A stretch of 32,000 bases of DNA from Mechercharimyces sp. CAU 1602 (lineage in GTDB: Bacteria > Bacillota > Bacilli > Thermoactinomycetales > JANTPT01). The stretch spans positions 1,659,336 to 1,691,335 of the forward strand of contig NZ_JANTPT010000001.1 in NCBI RefSeq assembly GCF_024753565.1, in the 5' to 3' direction. A program made the position numbers and the translations under genes. Positions 1 to 6,300 of this stretch are shown piece by piece. The stretch's first letter is position 1. Each line of letters begins with the position of its first letter. A model generated the notes under the pieces. That model had not been told where the DNA came from. It saw only the letters and a program-made list of their open reading frames with translations, and did no database searches.

Positions 1-30
1 CTCACTAAAGTTCCTTTAAAAGCAATCATA

Positions 31-1350
31 TTGACGCAACCACTGTTCGATACATGGAGCTGTTCTCAGAGACAGTCGATCAAAATTTCAGTCGGTAAAA
101 AAACCTTGATTGCCCGTGTAATTCATCTACCCAGTAAGGAACACGCTGTCTATATCCATCCCACCCTCGCTCAACAACTCGCCCTCCCCCCTATTAAAGA
201 ACTGCGGGTTCATTACAGTGATCGACACCTTCGCTTTGGACCGGTTATCGCCATTCTCACCACGGGGTATACAGGCTCCTTTGATAAGCCATTTGGTAAT
301 CGCTCTAATTTATTTCGTAGTTTTTTGCTTGCCTCTAGACAAGAGCATCCCATATTCTATGTTTTTTCTCCTGAAATGGTGGACTGGAATACGAACACGA
401 CTACTGGCTGGTTTTATTATAAAAAAAGTAACGGTGACTATGGATGGAGTCGGCGCACAGCTCCCCTCCCTGATGTCATCTATGAGCGTATACCCAACCG
501 TAAAGCAGAATCTTTACCCCAAGTTCAATCTTGCCTAAAACGTCTGAAGGAATTAGGAGCCTGCCCAGTATTTAATCAAGGTTTCTTCAGCAAGTGGTCC
601 ATTCATGAAATCCTATATCAGCAATCAAAAACATCATACTTCATTCCCGAAACCTATATCTCACCCACTATCGAACTGGTTCGCTATATGGTGGATAAAC
701 ACAAGATGGTTTATCTCAAGCCTAATGGCGGGAGTTTAGGATTAGGGATATTACGCATTACGAAAAACAAGAAAAATGGTTATTTTTGTCGCTTTCGTAC
801 TGGTGACCGTAATATTCTACGTAAATTTTCTTCTATTAACAACCTGATTGAACATCATTTCGGACATCAAAAGCAACGCTTTAATCAATATCTTATTCAA
901 CAGGGAATTCGTCTAGTCAGATATCATGATCGCCCTGTCGATTTCCGCGTACACATGAACAAAGATCGACAAGGGAGATGGCAAGTAGTTGGTATTGGTT
1001 CTAAAGTGGCTGGCTTTGGTAGTGTCACTACTCACACGCGAACAGGTGGATCAATAGTCTCTACAGAGCAATTATTGACAGACATTTTCCAATCCCAAGC
1101 CGCATTAGCAGAAAAGGCAATTAAGCAAGCCTCCATCATTATTGCAGAGACGATGGAACAATACATTGATGGTCCCATCGGTGAACTAGGACTTGATATC
1201 GGAATTGACTGTAATCACCATGTATGGCTTTTTGAGGTGAACGCAAAGCCAGGTCGTCATATTTTCGTTCACCCCAGTTTAAAAGCGGCTGGATTTCAGT
1301 CCGCACGTATGATTACCGAATATAGTCTCAAACTAACCAATTTTGTGTAA
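31..1350 (+). CDS. YheC/YheD-family ATP-grasp protein (spore-coat-associated family), paralog 1. It may be 5'-partial, because the reading frame stays open to the left window edge.
   Basis: 439-aa ORF. It shares motif blocks with the next ORF: GPVIAILT, LPDVIYERIP, FNQGFFSKW, VYLKPNGGSLGLGILRI, QQGIRLVRYHDRPVDFR, GIGSKVAG...THTRTGGS and ELGLDIGID...VWLFEVNAKPG, the last being an ATP-grasp C-terminal Mg/ATP region. The TTG at 31 has no obvious RBS, and there is no in-frame stop in nt 1-30. Confidence 0.8.
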   Translation: MTQPLFDTWSCSQRQSIKISVGKKTLIARVIHLPSKEHAVYIHPTLAQQLALPPIKELRVHYSDRHLRFGPVIAILTTGYTGSFDKPFGNRSNLFRSFLLASRQEHPIFYVFSPEMVDWNTNTTTGWFYYKKSNGDYGWSRRTAPLPDVIYERIPNRKAESLPQVQSCLKRLKELGACPVFNQGFFSKWSIHEILYQQSKTSYFIPETYISPTIELVRYMVDKHKMVYLKPNGGSLGLGILRITKNKKNGYFCRFRTGDRNILRKFSSINNLIEHHFGHQKQRFNQYLIQQGIRLVRYHDRPVDFRVHMNKDRQGRWQVVGIGSKVAGFGSVTTHTRTGGSIVSTEQLLTDIFQSQAALAEKAIKQASIIIAETMEQYIDGPIGELGLDIGIDCNHHVWLFEVNAKPGRHIFVHPSLKAAGFQSARMITEYSLKLTNFV

Positions 1351-1362
1351 TGGAGGGAACCT

Positions 1363-2679
1363 ATGATGCTTCAAACTGGATGGCTGGCGTTGAATCCCAG
1401 AGAACAGTCGCCTGTATTCATCCCTCATAAACAGCAAAAAATTACCTTGCCGTCTACACTGCCGGCACAGATAGGTAAAAAGATGAAAGCGATGCTACCT
1501 GTTTCACACTCGACCGTGCATGCAACACCCTCTCCTCGTTATATGCCTACTCGCATCATTCAAGTCGCTCCTGATCAATACCGTGTCGGCCCATTTGTCG
1601 CAATCTTAACATCAGCCGATCGCCGCACTCCTTTTCGCGGCAACTCACTAAACTTTGCTGATTTAATCCGAATGGGACGGAAGATGGGGATTACCGTATT
1701 CGTATTAACACCCGAAGGCATTAAACCCTCTCGCTCTACCGTGAAAGGTTATCTTCTCGATCCTCGCTTCAAAACAAACAAATGGGTGTTAGGTACCCTT
1801 CCCATGCCAGATGTTATTTACAACCGAATTCCCTACCGCTCCTTTGAGGAGAGACCCTTGGAGCAACAGGCTCTCAAAATGTTAAACGAGCTCAACATCC
1901 CTATTTTCAATCCCTCGTTTTTTAACAAATGGACGTTGTACAAACTACTTCGGCGCTCCAGCTCGCTTACATCCCTACTACCCGACACGACACCTTGGAG
2001 TCATATCGATCGCTGTAAACAACTGATAAAAAAGCATCCCGTCCTTTACCTAAAGCCTGTTGATGGTAAAGCGGGCATCGGCATGATTCGCATCAATAAA
2101 CAAAATGATGCTTATGATGTTGTTTATCAAACAAAGTCGAGCCAAAAAAAATACCAGGGAATTTCCAATAATACTCTCTTTTCATTTCTAAATAAACTCA
2201 TACAGTCACACGAATATATCTTACAACAAGGAATTAGCCTTGCTCTATACCGCGATCGCCCTTTCGACCTCCGACTATTAGCCCAAAAAGATAATAATGG
2301 AAAATGGGGCGTTACTGGCATCGGTACTCGATTGGCTGGGAAGGAAGCGATTTCTACTCATGTGCCTCGAGGCGGATCTATTGAAGATACCACCGTGGTA
2401 TTAAGTGAAGTATTTGGTACCCATCATCCTTATATTTATAAAAAAGCAGAAAAGATAGGGATAAAAATCGCCAAGCATATCGAAGTACAGTCAGGACAAT
2501 CTTTAGGGGAAATGTCAATGGATATGGGTGTAGATAAAGAGGGAGAGATTTGGTTCTTTGAGGCTAATTCGAAACCAATGAAATTTGACGAACCACAAAT
2601 CCGTCAACTATCATTACAACGCATTCTCCAATACTCTCTCTATATTAGTGGCTATCAGCCGCAAGGGGAGGGGGAGTAG
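1363..2679 (+). CDS. YheC/YheD-family ATP-grasp protein, paralog 2
   Basis: 438-aa ORF. A GGAGGGA RBS lies in the 12-nt gap after the upstream stop. The motif set matches paralog 1: GPFVAILT, MPDVIYNRIP, FNPSFFNKW, LYLKPVDGKAGIGMIRI, QQGISLALYRDRPFDLR, GIGTRLAG...THVPRGGS and EMSMDMGVD...IWFFEANSKP. Confidence 0.85.
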   Translation: MMLQTGWLALNPREQSPVFIPHKQQKITLPSTLPAQIGKKMKAMLPVSHSTVHATPSPRYMPTRIIQVAPDQYRVGPFVAILTSADRRTPFRGNSLNFADLIRMGRKMGITVFVLTPEGIKPSRSTVKGYLLDPRFKTNKWVLGTLPMPDVIYNRIPYRSFEERPLEQQALKMLNELNIPIFNPSFFNKWTLYKLLRRSSSLTSLLPDTTPWSHIDRCKQLIKKHPVLYLKPVDGKAGIGMIRINKQNDAYDVVYQTKSSQKKYQGISNNTLFSFLNKLIQSHEYILQQGISLALYRDRPFDLRLLAQKDNNGKWGVTGIGTRLAGKEAISTHVPRGGSIEDTTVVLSEVFGTHHPYIYKKAEKIGIKIAKHIEVQSGQSLGEMSMDMGVDKEGEIWFFEANSKPMKFDEPQIRQLSLQRILQYSLYISGYQPQGEGE

Positions 2680-3165
2680 ATGGAGTTCCAAACTCTCACA
2701 TCTGAACAGTTTCAACGTATGTGTCCATACCTGATTCATTTTTTCAAAAACCAAGGTGAGAAGCGCATCACTTATCAATCCTTGCGCTGGCTACACAACC
2801 AACAAAATACTGGATATGAGTTAGGAACAATCGCCACTGTTGCCCTCGCTCAAAAAAGGCTAGCTGGCGCTCTCGTCCTGGGTAGATATGGAATAGAAGA
2901 GTCCTTGCTAGCCGTACACTCCACCTATCGTAATCAAGAAATTGCAGAGACCCTCCTGTTACAAGCGAAAGAGGAGTTAGGGAAATTATATGGTCGAATT
3001 GAGTGTGACAATTCCGCTAGCTTAAAAGCTTGCTTCAACGCCGGTTTAATGGCCTTTCGACTGATCCAGGGAACCACAGGAAAACCTACTTTATGGCTTG
3101 CAGGGGGCGACTGGAGCGAAGAAGAACTGGATCATTATCTAGATGAGAACTCCCTTCCGCTTTAA
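2680..3165 (+). CDS. Small GNAT-fold-like protein; a putative acyl/aminoacyl transferase, possibly with a degenerate CoA-binding loop
   Basis: 161-aa ORF. Its ATG directly abuts the upstream TAG (2677-2679), which suggests translational coupling. VHSTYRNQEIAETLLLQA resembles GNAT motif A (R-x-x-G-x-G/A) with E replacing the first Gly. IECDNSASLKACFNAGL resembles motif B (N..A..lY...GF). The assignment rests on motifs only. Confidence 0.5.
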   Translation: MEFQTLTSEQFQRMCPYLIHFFKNQGEKRITYQSLRWLHNQQNTGYELGTIATVALAQKRLAGALVLGRYGIEESLLAVHSTYRNQEIAETLLLQAKEELGKLYGRIECDNSASLKACFNAGLMAFRLIQGTTGKPTLWLAGGDWSEEELDHYLDENSLPL

Positions 3166-3167
3166 AG

Positions 3168-3222
3168 GGAGAACAAAGGACCCTGCCTGAATATGAGCGG
3201 GGTTCTTTGTCTATTTATTCAC
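3168..3222 (+). terminator. Putative rho-independent terminator after the ATP-grasp/GNAT operon
   Basis: Imperfect hairpin AGAACAAAGGACCCTGC ... GCGGGGTTCTTTGTCT with one bulge and two mismatches, followed by a T-rich TATTTATT tract. Confidence 0.4.
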
Positions 3223-3345
3223 CTGCACACTGTTCTTATAGTAAATATGAAAAAGGGTTGTACCTTTTTTTACTTTACGTCTACATATTCGTCCATCATG
3301 AATATAGGTATAAGTAGATACGAATTAGAAAGGGGCTGAGACATT

Positions 3346-6300
3346 TTGGCACAAAACAAAAAAAGACCAACGAAGCGCTCTGTAAAAGGGAAAAAAAATA
3401 TTACGCAGGAAGATGAACGTATACTTAAGCAAATTGTCCATCATCACGGTGACCCTGCACCGGTAAAACAGGCAACCATCTGGCTCTCCGATAACGGGGG
3501 CGCAACGAATACGAGAAAAAAAGGATCTGTGGAATCAAATCATCAATTACACCAACCAGATAACTATTCCCTTCAACAAGGACCCATTCGAGATGAAGAA
3601 GAATTCTCTTCCTCATCAATACAAGCGCAATCAGATGATGTTAGCTTTATCTCATCCATGATTGATCCTCATTCGCAAAGTGAGCCTGGTGCCCCACCCC
3701 CCTCCTATATTCGGGACTTTGCCGGATCTACAGAATGGGGTAACACCGAACTCGATGAGGACGAGGACTCAAACGACGAGGTCATCCATACTACAGACCA
3801 TACCTCCGAAACAGCCAATACGGGGAAGAAATCCTTTCTTCATACTGAATCTGTGGATGCTTCTCATATAAAAGCCGGAGCGATCCATGACCATCACATA
3901 TTACCACGCGCTGTTCAGGCAAAACATATCCAAAATCGCAGTATTGCAGGAAGACACTTATCTGAAAGCATCATTAGACGAATTACTACCCCCTATATCG
4001 CTCCGGCCTCTTTAAGTGGTGAACATCTGATGGAAGGGGTGATCTCTACTTCTCATCTTCAAAATGAAGCCATAACAGGCGGCAAAATCTCTGCCCATGC
4101 CATTCAATCGCAGCACCTAGAACATGGAGCGGTTGTAAATCATCATGTTCGTGATCACTCCATCAGTGGAAATAAATTATCACCCAACTCCATCACTACG
4201 GATAACATTGCTCCTCAAGCCATCCACAGCAAACATATCTCCTCTCGATCGATCGAGGGAGTCCACTTTAAAAAAGGAGCCATTCAAAGTGAGCATATAT
4301 TATCCAACGCAATTGCATCTCAGCACATCAATCCTAAGTCTATTGAAGCGAAGCATATTCTACCTCAGGCGATCCAAGAAGACCAACTAGCTAATGAGTC
4401 TGTAACTAGTAAAAAGCTGGCCCCCAAGTCGATTCAAGCCAAACATTTAACACAAGACTCTGTCAAAAAGAATCACATCAGTGCTCTTAGCATTACAACT
4501 GATCATCTGGACAGTCAAGCCGTTGTCGGTAAGAAAATAGCACCTCATGCGATTCAATCTCGACATATCGCTTCCCAGTCGATCACCAGCGACCATCTCT
4601 TTAACGACTCGATCTCAGGTGAAAAGATAGCTTCACATTCGATTGGAGAACAACACCTAATGAATAAAACTGTAAATAGTCAGCATCTGCAAGATGAATC
4701 CGTTCACACTCATCATCTAGGGAAGCAAGTGATCGCCAGCGATCACTTGGGAGAACAAATTGTAAATAGTGAACATGTGAATAATGAAGCAATCCAAGGC
4801 GAACACCTCGCCAAAGAAGCGATTTCAGGTGAACATCTCCAAAAAGAGGCCATCTCAGGAAAAAAAATAGCCCCACAATCGATTGGAGAACAACACCTCC
4901 TAGAGAAAACCGTCAACAGCCTTCATTTGCAAGACGAATCTATTCAAACACACCATCTGGGAAAGCAAGTGATCGCCAGCGATCACTTGGGAGAACAAAT
5001 TGTAAATAGTGAACATGTGAATAACGAAGCAATCCAAGGTAAACACCTTGCTAAAGAAGCGATTGCAAGTGAGCACCTTCAAAAAGGAGTGATCACTAGC
5101 GACCATATTGATGATGAGTCGATCGTTTCTACACACTTAAGTGCTCTTTCTGTTTCAGGAAAGCACTTAACTGAACGTTCTGTCGACTCAGATCATATTA
5201 AAGCAGGGGCTATAGATGGATCACACATCGCAAAAGAGAGTATTTCACCCAAACACTTGACTAAGGGAACGATCACCAGCGATCAATTAGCAAATGAAGC
5301 AGTCCATTCTAACCACCTCTCCCGCCAATCCGTCACTAGCCAACATATCGGATCCAACACCATTTCACCACACCATCTCTGTGCACAAACCATTCAGCAC
5401 AAACACCTCGACAATGGAGCGGTTACGGGAAAGAATTTAGCTGAACGGGCCGTCCAATCTACTCATTTGAGTGACCAATCTGTCAATAGTCAGCACATTG
5501 CTCCCGCTTCGATCCAAAGTGAACACCTCGCCCTCGGAAGCATTGCCTCCGAACACTTGAGTGATGACATTATGCAAAATTTTACTCCCCCATCAATTAC
5601 ACAAGATCACATTGCTAAAGATTCGATTACATCTGAACAGATTGCTCCGGGAGTTATTGATCAGACTCATATCCAAAAAAACGCTATCCATGGGGATCAT
5701 ATTGATGAGTTTTCCATTCAATCCCACCATCTTGCGATCCAATCAATCTTAGATGAGCACCTATCTGATGGATCTATTGGCGATACCCATATAAAACCCC
5801 AGTCCATTCAAAGTGAGCATCTAGCAGACTTCTCTGTTCACTCCCAACATTTAGCGATCGATTCAGTAACCAATGAGCAATTAGCGGACAATTCCGTGGA
5901 TCATATCCACCTTAAGCACCAATCTGTGCAGAGTAGACACATAGTGGATGAGGCCATTGATTCTACTCATCTCAAACCGACCATCATTCAAGGAAAGCAT
6001 ATAAAGAAACAAACACTCCAGGCACAACATCTCGCCCCTGACTCTATAACGGGTGAGCACCTAAAAGATGAATCTATCAAAACAAACCATATGCAAGCAG
6101 GTTCTATTCAAGGGCAGCATTTGGCTCACCGCTCTATTGCAACAGAGCACCTACGTGATCATACCGTAATTAGCGCACATCTTGGAGAAAAAGTTATCCT
6201 TGCCAAGCATCTAGCTCCTAGTATTATCGATTCTGATCACATTAGAAAACATAGTGTGCAAACCCAACACCTAACCGAACAAAGTATCGGTTCTGATCAC

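Noticed and set aside
218-538. Nested or antisense short ORFs inside well-supported genes. Examples are 218..538, 2127..2321, 9237..10001, 10737..11423, 11817..12480, 17159..18575, 19352..19938, 20435..20998, 23234..24085, 25227..26413, 26607..27676, 27619..30546 and 31679..31870.
   Set aside because: All overlap longer ORFs that have clear family signatures. None has a convincing RBS or recognisable motifs.
3223-3345. Possible mother-cell (SigE/SigK) promoter upstream of the giant ORF: ACATATT at ~3283-3289 resembles the SigE -35, with ATAGGTAT 14 nt downstream.
   Set aside because: The -10 candidate matches the CATACA-T consensus poorly, and no CATA---TA SigK -10 is present at correct spacing. 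By-eye matching to degenerate sporulation promoters is unreliable, so I did not call it as a feature.
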